Shown in pieces: positions 37,550 through 51,700 of a stretch of 64,000 nucleotides of DNA. Made by a program: the position numbers and the translations under genes. The notes beneath the pieces are model-generated. The model did not search any database, was not told the origin of the DNA, and worked only from the letters and a program-made list of their open reading frames with translations. Numbering within the stretch: position 1 is the stretch's first letter; every line of letters starts with the position of its first letter. This DNA comes from Takakia lepidozioides (lineage: Eukaryota > Plantae > Bryophyta), in the NCBI GenBank assembly GCA_030704615.1, contig CM060731.1, positions 57,226,001-57,290,000 of the forward strand, in the 5' to 3' direction.

Positions 37550-37990
37550 TTTACCCTGGGTCTTGGCATTTAAGTTTTGCTCACGTTCCAATATGTGCCC
37601 CAATCTTTCAAAAAACAATCAAGCATAGAAACTGGACATCTAAGTAGCAAAGGTGGCGATAGCATGCGGGCCCCACATGGCTACCGCATGCCATGTGAAA
37701 TTGCACTTGAATGTTTGGCCCACATGCAATCCATGCCAAGGAGTACTAAGAGTAGCTTTCCACCGTTTAAGGAGGAAGCGGACAAAAATGGCCGGGTACA
37801 CATATCGCTTCCATGCATGGGGCAGCAGGGCCCGGTCACCGAGCTAGCGTGTGTAACGCAGCGTGATAAAATGGGAAGGGAATGGAGTGTCCACTTACAT
37901 GTCACGTCACACTGAAGTCACGCTACCTGTAGTATCCAGTATCCAACGTATGGCAGATGATGCACTCAAAATTGGGGGGTGGTCAAACGC

Positions 37991-38272
37991 TCATCCCTTC
38001 AATTTTTGGATTTTCACAAACTTGTCACTCCAAATTGTAACATGATCTAGAGTGTCTCCCAACTCTGTGTGCGCTGGCTTCATGGACTTGCTGTGATACG
38101 GTAGAGGGGCATTGGTAAGTGTCATCTGTGTGATCATGATGGCCACATACCCCTCAGGCACCATAGGGTATCCTTCACTCGCCGAAGACCCTTGTAGACC
38201 AACAATGTGGCCAGATGTTGTTGTTGCCCTCGAAACCGTGTCGATAAGCCGGACTTGGTCACCTACCTTCAA
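37991..38272 (-). mobile_element. Possible CACTA TnpA (Tnp1/En/Spm-like) exon fragment
   Basis: KVGDQVRL...SGHIVG...VPEGYVAIMI...NAPLPY...LGDTLDHVTIW pattern recalled from En/Spm ORF2 proteins. Confidence 0.4.
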
Positions 38273-41200
38273 CTGCCATCCACCCCGAAAACCCCATAAG
38301 ATACATGAGCAAGCTTTCAGGCAATATCAAAGCAACAACAACATATACATATGTGAAACAAACTAACATCGCTAAGAATATGTGTAAACAAACTAGACAA
38401 ATTAGTAGGCAATCACAGGGAGGTGTAGTGTGAATGCAAGGGGTAATATTCAAATTTTTGTTTGGCATCAAGATTCGGCACTGCTACGAAGGGAGTGCCC
38501 TGGAGCTAATGAGGGGAAGGAGTTATCCATGTCTACAGGTAATTCCATGGGAACACTATGCTATTGCTCTGCCAGGACAAAATATGGCTAAGTTATGACA
38601 TGCGTCTTTTTTCATCCCTAGGATGAATGATTTTCATCGATGATGTTTAACTCTAGAAACTCGGGATGTGAAAAACGAAGGGGAAGAGTGCGTGCATCTT
38701 TTCGCAGCTGCTGCAGTGGTGTTGGCAACACAGTATGTCTGAGAAAGTTCCACCTATGCAAGGGGAATCAGCTTGTTTTAAAGAGCAACGTTAAGGGCTC
38801 TTGCTTGGCATTCTGTGCAAGAGGAAGCGGTGCCGCCTTCTTCGTAAGTAATGATCAAATCTGAAGACTCAGCATGTGATGAGAGCGGTGCACCACCGCT
38901 GCCGCCATTGTCTTGATGAGCACAGTAATGAGGAGATGGAGCAGCTCAACAGCTGCCAGGGCAGGTGAAGTGCTGGCTGGTGTGGATGGCGAATCAGGTT
39001 ATCTGTAATTAAAACTAGCTGCTTTCTGTCTTCTTGCTATAGGACCATATCAATGCTTAGGAGAGAATTGTACATATAGAACCATAGGGTAGTTAGTTGG
39101 CAAGCGACAGGGTTACTACCATGGGCTGAAACAGAGCCGTTATGACTCTCTGAACGCTTGAATCGACGAATATCTGAAAGGTGGGGTGGCAGAGCGATGA
39201 CAGGATCTGACATGCATAGATCTTTGTTTTTACAACGTGGCATTCAAACGACAAGAGGAGTTAGGGTAGTTGCTGACAGAGATGGTGAGGTGCCATTTCG
39301 GACAGGTAATCCCACCGCTTTAGCTGGAGTATAAGACAGCTAAGTTAATAGAGACAAGGGGGTTTTTTTTTTTACTGAGATAGATGTCGCTGAAATGATT
39401 GAAGGCTCTGGAGTTAGTGGGGAGAGTATGAGAACGTTTTGAAAAATGGAATGGAGTGGTGGCTTGGGCTTCAAACCAGAATGGTGTAGAGAGGATGAGA
39501 GATGATGCATGTCTTTGGGGAATGGTGATAGAAGGCAGATGCAGCCCATCTACAATCAATGCATATATAGTGTTTGTCCTGCTTTTGATTTTATGATTCA
39601 GCACACTGAATCTGGAGCAAACTGTGCATCAGTGTTTAGAGTTAAACAAATCTGCAAAATGAACAGTATAGAGAGATTCACCAAGGGAATCGGTGCACTT
39701 GCTACAGGATAGAAATGAGGGAGAGGGTTTGTAACTGTCAGCATTAGGGTATGAGAATGAGGAGAGATTCTGTTTGGGAGGAGAGAAAAGCTAAGAGAGA
39801 ATGTGGTGTGTACTTATGATTCCAAGGAGGATTTTTGCGAAAGGTCTCCACTGGATGTGTGCCTTGGTATATCTGCATTGCATGTAGAGGGGCTGTCCGG
39901 TCTAATATAGGCACTTGCATCAGAAAGGGAGAGAAAACACTGGGAAGAAGAGAGATCCGTTTAGCAAAAGAATGATGAAGGGAGGGCCAGTTGAGAGATA
40001 AAGGAAACACCATGAGTTGCATAGAAATATCAAACCTGCACTGTATGGTAGATCCATGTTGCCTTGCATTTTCGGTGATTGCATGACAACAAAGGGGGTT
40101 CAATGTAGATGCTACATGCAAATGGTGAACTCATAGGATGTCATTAACCCTCTGGTAAGCTGTTTGAGTGACCATATCAGCATGAGGACTAAGCTGGTGC
40201 AAGACAAAACCCTAGTCAGGCCTGTTGCACTATGCAGGAAACACCTTCACTTGTCCCATCCATGTCTTCTCTTCCGCTGCGGCGTGGATGAGGGCTTTAT
40301 GAACTCTGATCATAAACAGCCTGGATATAGCCAACCTGTGTGGGAGAACCAGGATAACAACAAGACCTTGCACTAAGAACTAGATTAGAATTAGACAGAA
40401 GGGGATATATGCCCCCTTCTTTTCCACGCTATAGAGGACCGAGCCACCTGCTTTCATGAGAGACCGATGCATCCAGTGCTCAATGTGCTCAAGAATACGG
40501 CTATCTTCTCCAAGTTCTCGGCAAACTCCTTTTTTTGCGGGATGGGCTCCTCCCACATGGAAGGACGCTCTAAAGAAGGTTCTAGAAATGAGGAGGTTCT
40601 AGAGATCTGGCATGGTCACTTTGGCAAGCCATAGCCAAAGTGGGAGCCCAAGAAGCCCAAGAAGGCCGGACGGAGGGTGCCGGATAAACTGGGAGATGTG
40701 CCCCCTCATGCTAGTGCTGGCCTATGGGTTGGACACCTGCAGACGTGAGTGCGTTGACGCACTCAATTTTGGAGGGCCAGAAACCCTGTTGAGGTGCATT
40801 CCCTTTCACTAACTCATCCTCTTCCGTTGTTGTGCAAATACATAAAAAACGTTCTGATCCCCAGGGAGAACCTCAGTCGGTACCCGAAATTCATCGACCT
40901 GTGGTCAGACTTGTTGAACAGCCAGACAATGTTTATTGCATGTATACTTACAGACTGGGGGCGTGCTCACCTTCCAGACTATTGTTAGTATCTGGACATC
41001 CCATGCTCGGTTTGCCCCTCGCACGAATTGACCATAAGAAATCATAACGACAATGCGGCCGCCCTAGCCCCTCTGACGGATCAGCAGATTCATGAGAGAA
41101 ACCTACGGATTCTGGCTAAGAAAGACCCCCCAACTCAAAATTCTCCACTGAAGCCCAAAAAGGCGAAAGTGAAGGGCAAGGGGAAGAAGAAAGCAAAGGA

Positions 41201-41770
41201 CAAGGACAAGGACACCGGGGATGTTCATGGATAAGGATGAGGTGACTGAATGCAGACCCCACCCCCACCCCCAAAGCCAAATCGGAGGAGGAAGGTGCTG
41301 AAGGAGCCATACGATGCATTGAAGCACCCATCCCGAGTCATTCTCCCTGCAAGTCCAAACTTGTCAACAATGGATTCCTCGCCATGATGGAGACCAGGAA
41401 ATCGGGTTACAGTGGTTGGTGTGCTCCGTCACCAACATGGGAAAAGTTTTGTGCTTTTCTCCAATCGGTAAGCAATTGTCATGCATCAATTACTGTTTGG
41501 GTTTTTTATCCTTACACGCTTCCCTGCAGACGTGACTTCCGTGTGAGCGTGAGCGTGAGAACGTACGCTCACGCGATGGTGGTGTGGCGTGAGCGCAGGC
41601 TCATACCAGCTGATGTGGCGTGAGCGTAAGGCTGACGTGGCGTGGTCTTGCTGATGTGTCATTATCCGGCTGACGTGGCAGTCGTCAGAATGACATGGCA
41701 TCTGGACAACTTGCCACATGCCATGTCATCATAAACATATAGCACCTATAGCCGAGGGGCCTATAGCCGT

Positions 41771-44700
41771 GGCAAGTATGTTCTCGTACAGGAACCTTGC
41801 TGTGGACTTGGCTGTGTTGTCCCTCAAAGCTTTAGCTTCCACCCACTTTGTAGTATAATCAGTGGCTGTAATTATGTACCTGTTTCGTGTATTCTTGGAT
41901 GGTGGATTAATTGGTCCAACAAAGTCTAGTCCCCATTTCTGAAATGGTTCCGTAGGCATTGTAGGATGCAAGGCCATCCTTCCAGATCTCTGCAAAGGTC
42001 CTAGCCTCTGACATTCATCACACTTCTGACAATACTCGTGTACATCTTTGAACAAAGTAGGCCACCAGTATCCTGCGAGTAGTATCTTTCTACTGGTAGT
42101 CTCTTCTCCAAAATGACCTCCAGCCACTCCTTTATGAACTTCCTCCAAGACTTTATTTACTTCATGGTGGTACAAGCATCGTTTTAGTACTCCATCAGGT
42201 CCTAACTTATACATTCTGCTTCCTACCATAGTATAAGGTAAAGCTTTGATAGCAATTCTCTTCCTCTGCTCTTTACCATAACTAGGTGGGCACTGACCAT
42301 GAGCAAGGTAGTATCTGATTGGCCACTGCCAATCTAACCATTCATCTGCACTTCCTTGCACCTCCATTACAAATAAACTCGCATCAGGTAACTGATCGTC
42401 CACTCCTGTGGCGGCCTCTCCTGTTGTTAGTCGTGACAAATGATCTGCCACAAGATGCAAACGGCCAGGCTTGTAAATATCCTCGAACTCAAACTCATGC
42501 AAGATTATTAACCACCTCGCTATCCTTCCACTTATCAAAGGTTTGTTCACCAGATATATCAGAGCCTGGTGATCCACATAAAACATAAACTTTCTTCCCA
42601 ATAGGTAATGCCTGAATTTCTTGACTGCATAAATCATTGCCAATGCTTCTCTTTCCGTTGTACTATAGTTCCTCTCAGCACTGTTCATCAACCGGCTAGC
42701 ATAGTACACAGGTGAATCTATATTCCCTGTAACATTCTGGGCTAACACCGCACCCAACGCTTCTCCTGATGCATCGCAGTGAACATGAAATACTACATGC
42801 CAGTGAGGGTTAATCAGCACAGGTGTAGTTGTTACTGACAGTGTAAGTTCCTCAAACGCCTGTTGACATTCAGCTGTCCAGGCAAACACTGCATCTTTCT
42901 TCAGAAGCTTGCTCAATGGTGCTGCTATTTGTGCATACCTTTTGACAAATCTTCTGTAATAACTGGTTTGCCCAAGGAATCTTCGTAGACTTTTAACATT
43001 CACTGGGGGTGGAGAGGCTTTAATGGACTCTGTCTTCCTGGGATCCACAAGGAGTCCCTTCTTACACACAATGTGTCCCAGAAGCACCCCTGAGTTCACA
43101 CAGAAAGTACACTTCTCTGGATTCAGGCCCAGACCTCTCATCCTGCATCTGGCCAAACATAACTCCAATTTATGCAAGTGCTCACTCTTAGAGCTGTACA
43201 CACTGAAATCATCCAAGAATACCTGCATGAAATCATCCAGATACTCATGAAAAGATTCACTTATCACTCTCTGAAAGGTCGCTGGTGCATTACAAAGTCC
43301 AAAGGGCATGACTTTGTATGCATAAGCCCCCCAGTCTGTGATGAAAGCTGTTTTCCCTTGGTCTTCTTCTGCCACTTGCACTTGATTATAACCACTGAAG
43401 CCATCCATGAATGAGTACATCTCATGGCCTGCCACAGTGTCTAATATTGCTTCTGTGAATGGCAAAGGGAAAGGATCTTTCTTCGTACAAGCATTCAGCT
43501 TCTTATAGTTTACACATACTCTTAGTTTGCCATTCTTCTTGGGAACTATAACAATGGGTGACAACCAAGTTGTATACTCTATTGGGTATATAAACTTAGC
43601 CTCAGCCAACTTCTTTATCTCTTCTCCAACCTTCTGTGCGTAGTTGGGATTCATTCTATACCTCGCCTGCTTGATTGGTACTGACCCTGGTTCCAGTTCT
43701 ATCTTATGCTGACAGACTTCAGGTGGTATCCCTTTTAGATCCTCATAGCTCCAAGCAAATACATCTCTGTATTTGATGAACAAGCTTTTAGCTTCTTCGA
43801 AGAATTCCGGCTCCAAATCAGCTCCTACTTTCACCATCCTCGGTTCCTCTTGAGTTCCCACATTTACTTCTCTCACCTGCTCATCAGCTGTGATTGTCCA
43901 ACCAGTCACCACTTCATCCTGTAAGCTCACAGTGGCTGGTTCTTCTAGGATTTCCATCTCTCCCTCCTTTTCTTCATAGAAATGTGGTGGGTAACTGCTG
44001 GTTTCCTCTTCAATTGGTGTTGCCGACACTACACCACAGCAGATACCTCTTAAACAACTTAGGCTTTCCAGCCGCATCTCCGCAACCTGCTCCCACTCTG
44101 GGTGTGCAGCAAATAGGGTAGCTTCCTGCTCCTCATCCAGTCCTCCCTCCAATCATACTCTCTGACCCCTCGAGGTCTTCTCGTAGCAGGTAATCTATTA
44201 GATTTCTTAGTGGTAATTTGTATCTCGTGCATCCCATTATGCACAGTTAGTAACTGAGAATTCCAGTCATGGAATACCCTGGCCTGTTTCAGCCACGGAC
44301 GTCCCAATAATAAGGAGTAAGCCTCCATGACTTCATCCATTTTTAATACAGTTACTGTGATCATAAAGATCATTTTCTGTATCTGTATCTTAACTCCTCT
44401 TATTAATCCCAATGGCTGCACACTTCTTTGATCTGCCATTGTTACTGTAAATGGGGCTGGTTTCATGTTACTTAGACCAAGCTTCTTCCTTAATTGGTCT
44501 GTCATGATATTTACTCCAGAACCACCATCTATCAGTACATCAGTTAGTTCTGTGCTTCCAATTCTCAATTGGATTACTGGCATAGAATCATTAAAGTCCA
44601 TGACTGGTTCTCGCCCTTCCGGCTTCACATTATAACTGGTCACCTTGCTGTTCAGGTCTGTGTTTCCTGTCTCTTGGGCAATTCGATTGATTGCCTGATA

Positions 44701-47700
44701 CAGCCTGTGCCTACAATAAGGTGCCACAGCTAATAGCTGTCCAATGGTAATTTCTGCTTTGGTCTGACATATTACTTCAGCCAAAGTCTCTTCATTACTT
44801 TGCATGTCTGCATCTTCTTTTTTCCTTTCTTCCTCACTCCCTTCTTTTTCTCCATCCGAATCAGAGGAATCTGCCACAGGAATATCAGTACTCTTTTGCA
44901 TTTCCCTTATAGTATCTGCCACTTCCTTGTGCAGTTCCTTCTCATCTTTCCAAGTCTCTTCATCTTCAGGCATATCATTGCCACTTCCAGTCTCATCTTC
45001 TTCCTCTTCTACTGGAGGTATTAGTTTGGCTTTACTTCTTGTTACTATCATTGTACTTACTTCTGGTACAACACATGGCCTAACCATGTGAGCTGCCACC
45101 ACTGGCCCCTCATTCACAGGAGCTCTCATCTCATTCTGGTGTCTTATCCAGAATGAACAGGCTGCCTTGCGATGTCCTGGCTGATTACAATAGTAACATA
45201 GCTCTTCACCATTGGGTCCTCGCCCTTGGTCTGTTCTTGGATTATTTCTATAATCCTGATTCCCGGGCTGGTAATTCCCCCTTGGATTACCCTGATAGTT
45301 GCCTCTGGAATTTCCTTGGTAATTCCCTCTTGAATTACCTCTCCCTTCCATGCCATTGTTATAACCACCAGACCTACCATAGTGGTCTTGATCATTGTTT
45401 CTTCTTGGCTGGGGCTGCACCTGATGCACCCTTACTTGCCTAGGTTCTCTTGCAGCTGTCCTTCTGTTGTAGTAACAATTCTCAGTAGAATGGTTATCCA
45501 TTTTACAGATAGTACAGTGTTTCTCCTTCATGTGGCATTCTGTGGTGGTATGGCCTTCATTCTGGCACTTTGCACACCATACACCCTTCCTCCAATGTGT
45601 TGCAGCCTCTGTGGCATACTTCTTCAAGATTTCTTACAATTTTTTTTCATAGTTATCCCTCTTCAACTTCTCCTTTCTCTTACTCTTTCTTTTTAGTTCT
45701 TGCTCTTCTTCTTCATCTGACTCATCCTCAGAGTCCTCATCTTCTTTTTTCTCTCTCCTGAGCATTCCCAATTGCTCAATTCTGTTCGCAGTTTCAAATG
45801 CCTCCTCCACTGTGTTATGGGGTAACATATCCACTTTCTTTTGCAACTCTGGTCTTAATCCACTCACAAACCAAGTCTTCTGTAAACCGGGCGCTGGTAC
45901 TGCAGCCAGCTTTTTCATCATCAATTCCATCTTCTCCATATACTCTTCAACAGTTTCATGCTTCTTCTGCTTCAGCTGTTGTAAACTTCCATACACTTCA
46001 TCCTCAGTTTTACTTGTCCTGAACCTATTTCGAAATGCTGTATTCAAGCCATTCCAGGTTAGGAAATGATTATCAGGGAATCTTGCATACCATTCACTTG
46101 CTTTCTTGATAAGTGAACAAGGAAACAGTCTCATCTTGGCATCATCGCCATTCTCATTGTTCACTATACACATGTGCTCAAATTGGCTAATGTGTACATC
46201 GCGATCCCCTTTTCCTGAATATATTGGAAAGGGTGGTTTTGCCTGTGTTGGTTGTAACGCCATCTGTGGCCCTACCTTCTGCCCACTGACAGGTGCTGGC
46301 ACCCTTGCTGGTGCTGGTCCTTCTGGACCTGTTGTTTTTGTGGTGGATCTTCCACCAAGTGGTGGCCCTTGAGCACTCCTTGCTTCTGGTCCCACGATAT
46401 TCACAGTATTCCCAGCTTCAGTTGCACTACTTCCCACACTCCCTGTCCCCCAGAGCCAGATCCAGGCAGCCCGCCTGATCCCCCTGAGCCGACACCTTCG
46501 TTGGCCTGTGATCCAAGTGCTCCACTTGATCCAGGTCCAACGGGTTGGGATGTCCTGGTTGTAGTCTCAACCTCAGCTGTTGGGTCTACTTCTTCATATT
46601 CTTCCTCTTCTAATTTCTTCTCTCTGTTTTCATCCTCCAAGTTCTGCCCTTGGGTTTCTTCTTCACTCATGTAACTCAACTGTAATGGTGTTGGAGAGTC
46701 TTAACTCTCCGTTGGCTCTGCCACATCCTCTTCTCCTTCTTCATCTTCTGCTTCAGAAACTGGAGTTCCTGCTTTTGGTGTTCCATGCCAACTCTTATCA
46801 AAGATTTCTGTCAAGTCTTTTATCCAAGGATGTACCTCAGATCTTTCACCTCGTGATTGATCTTCTTCCTGTACCAATTCCCTTAATCTTTCTTGCAAAG
46901 AAACAGAAGGAGTGGCATCCAACTCTAGTTCTTCCGGTATAGGTGATGCACTCTTTGATCTTGATGGTGTGAGAGGTCTAGATGATTCCCCTATGTCTAT
47001 TCCTCTCTCCCAAAGATATGGATAATTAGCTTTCAGATAGCTTTCTCTTTTTGCTGAATATCTCTGTCGTCTAGCTTCTCTTTCATCACTCATGTCCCAT
47101 GTCTTTCATTTCTTTTAATGTGGCAATAACCAAAACTCTCTTCTGTAATATCTCTCGTATATGCCTGGGTTTCTTTCAAGCTTCAATGCACCCTTGGCTA
47201 TACTTGAAGTCTCCGTTACCATATAACCATATGGCAAACAAGTCTGAAAAGCTATTCTTGGTGTGAGTTTGATCCACAAAATATCCTTTGGAATCCAATT
47301 CTTTACCAGTACAAGCTCTTCATGCATATGAGTATAAACATTCACCTTTCTTTCTTCCCAGCCTTCAAACTCTACTCGTTTAATGGATAGCAATGCTATC
47401 ACATAAACCAATGTTGGTAACCAACGTGCTCTTCCTCTACAGGCTACCTGATAAATCTTTATCACTCCTTTCTCCAGACCCCATTCTGGATCAGCATCAT
47501 GCACTCGTTTAAGAATATTTTCTTTACAACCGTCTGGCAATTCCAAGAACCTTTGAAAGAATCGTTTGGACAATCTTTCTTCCTTCGTTCCACAGGGAAT
47601 TTGATTCACTTCAAATTCTTTAATGGTCCAACCACCATGATCCCACCAGATGCCTGTCACATCTGGTTGTTCATGTCCCAGGTCCCCAGTATGGTCGCCA

Positions 47701-48716
47701 AATGTCGCGCGGCTTTTACTCACCCATCCCTTTGCTATCCGAGGCGGAAACTCCAAGATAGAAGAGTTGGAAATCTCTAAGTACTCAGCCCGCGTAGAAC
47801 AATCAGTCATGACCTACAGCTAGTGTATCATGGGGGTGTTTCCTATTTGTTTCCCTTTTGGCATTCATGTTAACTACCTTACCATTGATAATTAAGTATC
47901 AGTTTGCTTCATCAATCTATCGGTTTCCTTCACTCTTTCATTCAATCCACAGCTTCACTCAGATCTCTCTACACAGTGTGATTGTATCGCATAAGTATCA
48001 GATTATGATTTATCAGGTATCAGGCCGAAGCCATTGTGTCTCTAATCTGCTCTACAATATCACTACAGCTTTGCATATAACAAGCATCTACTAATCCTCT
48101 TTCCTCCTTCACCGTGCTCTCCATCTTTTGCTTCCGATCTCCGCTCCAGCCTGACTAAGAAGTCCTCCTCGAATAATGATCCCCCTCCATTCCCCGTTTT
48201 TCCCTTTATCTTCCTATCCGCAGTTCTAACCGTTTCCCTCACTAACCGTCGTCTGTGAACTAACATGTTCCCTTCGCAGGTGTTGTTTCCCCACAGTCGT
48301 TCCCTGTCCTACTCTTCGTTCCCTATGATCGTGACAGCTATGTCAAGCTGTGACTGGCTGTGTGAAACTGTGACGGGCTGTGACTGGCTGTGTGGCTGTG
48401 CCGGGCTGTGTCGGCTGTGTCGGCTGTGTCTGCTGTGACGGGCTGTGACGGGCTGTGTCGGCTGTGTTGGCTGTGTCGGCTGTGTCGGGCTGTGTTGGCT
48501 GTGTTGGCTGTGTCGGCTGTGTCGACTGTGACTGGCTGTGTTGGCTGTGTCGGCTGTGACTGGCTGTGTTGGCTGTGTCGGCTGTGACTGGCTGTGTGGC
48601 TGTGTAACCCCCTTCTACAGTGCGCTGCTGTCACCCCTAAGGCTCCTGTTGGTCTCAGTCTGTGCAAAAATTAAGGGTACCCTACAGATCCCGTATAAGT
48701 GTCTAAGTCCCCTACA
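41771..48716 (-). mobile_element. Tat/Ogre-like Ty3/gypsy element, 3'-truncated in the integrase core; 5' LTR 48716-47703, PBS 47700-47683, extra ORF, gag-pol with frameshifts
   Basis: LTR TGTAGGGG...CGACA; PBS TGGCGACCATACTGGGGA (tRNA-Arg type); Gag with CCHC knuckles; protease LIDGGSG; RT FLDD; RNase H CDASG; integrase HHCC and WGLDFVGP. Confidence 0.92.
48338..48605. repeat. GGCTGTGTC/GGCTGTGAC ~9-10-bp minisatellite within the LTR
   Basis: Direct read. Confidence 0.9.
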
Positions 48717-51700
48717 ATCCTCTAACAAGTATACACCATTCCAATTAGTTTATGGTATGGAAGCTTTACTTCCAGTGGAATTCTTGTTACCTACCATGAG
48801 AACGGAATGGGGAAAGAGAATGGAATTAGAAGATTCAATTAAGGTCAGGAAACATAAATTATACCATGTGGAAGAAGTACGTGCTGATGTAGCTGATAAC
48901 ATGACCAGAATTTAGATGAAGAGGAAGGAACAGTTTGATGAAGGCAAATTAAAGACTTTTAAGACGGGGGATTTTGTTCTCTGGTTGCAGAAGAAGGGGA
49001 AGATTAAAGCTTCTAAGCTTAAATCACCATGGAAATGACCTTATGTCTTACAGAAGATGTATGATAACAACACGGCCATGTTACAAACCATTAACAAAGA
49101 GGTGCTGGGAAGAGTCAATGCCAATAAGTTGAATGGGTACAGTGGTATCAATGACAAACCATTGCAGCACGATTTGCATGTTGAAACGCAAAAGCAGTCA
49201 CGGGCTGCGCTTGTGATACCAACGGAGTATGAAGCACTTGTCGCTAAGCCGAGCGTATATGACCAGGGCGGGCAGTACAAGCGTGACACAACCTATCACA
49301 GCTCATCACAGTGTCACACAACCTATCACAGCCCATCACAGCGTGACACAGCCTATCACAGCCCATCACAGTGTCACACAGCCTATCACAGCCCATCATA
49401 GTGCCACACAGCCTATCACAGCTCAACACAACCTACCGGGGTTACACAGTCCATAGGATCAGTGACAGGTGGACGTGGGTTAACATCCGGAGGGTGGCCG
49501 GCGAAAAAGTGGACGGAGGCAGGTTTAGAAATGGACACGTGGATGCCAGGGCAAGACACACAGCCGGACATGAATTGCAAGAACGGGTGTCATCAAGAAA
49601 GAAGACAAAATTGGCCGTCAAAGTACCTACCCGACACGTTAACCAAAATTTATTGTGGGCCCATTAATGCATACAGGAAAAGGGTAACAGAACCCTTTGC
49701 AAGCACAGAAAAGCGAAATCCTTGTCACATAGGCTATCCTAATGGACAGTCCAGGGGGGAAAATCCACGGAAGGGAATTAAATTACAAAATCAATCACAG
49801 AGCCAACAGCCAATCATAAGCCAGAATTACCTGCAGAGGGTATTTCCAAGAAGCAAGATCAAGAATTTAGAGGGATTCTGAGCGCAAGAGTCGGCGTAGT
49901 TCCAAGTAACGGCGTCTCGACGGGAGAGACAATCAAAGCTATAGCTTTGAAGCTATGGCGGAAATAATAGACTACACACTCGCATTACTACTTACGCAGT
50001 GGCACAAGGATGGACGAACGGACAGTACTTTTTCTCTAAATCGATACCTGCAAGCCCCACAGGCTTACAAGCACTTACCCATTTCATTCTGCGCCAACCA
50101 TACTTTTATGCTTTGTGCCCTGCAAGCGTTTCTTCAGTTGTTACAACCAAAACCTTTCTGTTTGTCTAGAATGAAGAGAGTGAGAGGAATGGAGGATATC
50201 AGGGTGAAGAGCACACAATCTTACAGAAGCAAACGATTGCTACACCACAGGCGGTGCAGCTACTGAAGGAGCTGTGATTGGAGGGATTGCTACGCAAGGA
50301 TTGGTCCTTGCATCATCGGCAGTTCATGATACAATTTCTTCAGAACTTTGAGCCTCGGACGGGAGTTACTCAGGTGAGGGGAGTAGATATAGAAATTACT
50401 CCCCAGTACCTGCAGCAATTGTTTGATTTGCCATCAGGACATGTGGATGTGGATGAGCACAGAGCAAGATTGCAGATAGGGAAATTGTTCCAAGAAGGGA
50501 GTTTATTTAAAACTCAAGGCTACGCTTGTACCAAAGCCGAGTACCCAGGGCTTAGGGAAGTTGGCCAAATATTGAACGTTCTGTTTGTCATGAAACAGAA
50601 CCAACAGTATTTGAGCAGGTCATTCATAGAGGAGATCCTAAAAGCTTTAAGGGGAGAGGATGTCGTTTGGGCGGAGTTAATGTACAATGGATTGGTGGAC
50701 GAGATGAAGAGGTTACAGGGCACTGCTGCTAAGTCTCTGATCATTGTGTCCGGTCCAGTCATTACCCAAATAATTCTTGATTCTTGCATACTTGATACTC
50801 GGGAACGTAAGGAGATGGGAGTGTTTGAGGCAGAAACCACTTCAATTGAAGAGCAAGGCTCTTCACACAGTGAGGGTGGACTGGCAGCGCAACACCAGTC
50901 TAAGAGATAGAGGCGGGGTATGACTGTAGTGGCGGATCCACTGGCTTCACGGAAACCGCACGATAATGTTTCCCAAGCTCTTGTGCAGGATGGGGCACAG
51001 CAGCACAGAGAGCTGCTATTATTGAAAGCAGGGCCTTCAGAGAGGGAAGAGGAAGTCACTTCGATACCACAGCCACCACATCCAATTGACTCTGTTGTTT
51101 TAGAGGTTCCACAGTTAGTATATGATGTGGCATCACCCCCAATTGCTCTGGAAGGAGAAAGGTTGGACATTCCCACTACAGAGCAGGTTGGGGCCGAAAT
51201 TGAGAAGGGTGACCTTCTCTATGAAAATTCTGGCTTGGTAAGGGAAACAGTGATTCCAGAGGTGCAGCGGTTGTCCAGGGGTAACCCTGTTGTGCATGTA
51301 ATACCCACACCTGTGACGGAGGTACCAGGGGTAGAATATCAAGACACTGCAGCACCTGTGGCGGATGAGGTGGTTCAGGAAAAAAATCTGGTGGGGCAAT
51401 GGCCTGAATGGTTCGTGAGGCATCACATTGTTGAGGATCAGGGAGAACAGCAACAAGCTCACCATGATAACCCTCAGCAGGCCATGCTTATGAGTTCCAT
51501 AAGCAGGACACTTATGTGAAATCCCATGTTCCATCTACCCAATTGGCAGCTTTGAGGGAGGAACTCAGGAAGGAGTTTGAGGCTCGACTTGCCACTGAGT
51601 GTGCAAACAAGGTCGATGAGGAGGTCAATCTCAAGTTACATCAAGAGTTAGAGGATACAAAAGCTGCTTTGCAGTTGGCCAAGGAACATTTGATTGAAGC

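Noticed and set aside
41771-48716. Inversion within a single retroelement
   Set aside because: The junction coincides with an LTR start and much of the integrase core is missing; nested insertion is simpler.
48338-49456. ORFs with TADTA / HHSVTQPIT repeats
   Set aside because: Products of minisatellite sequence.
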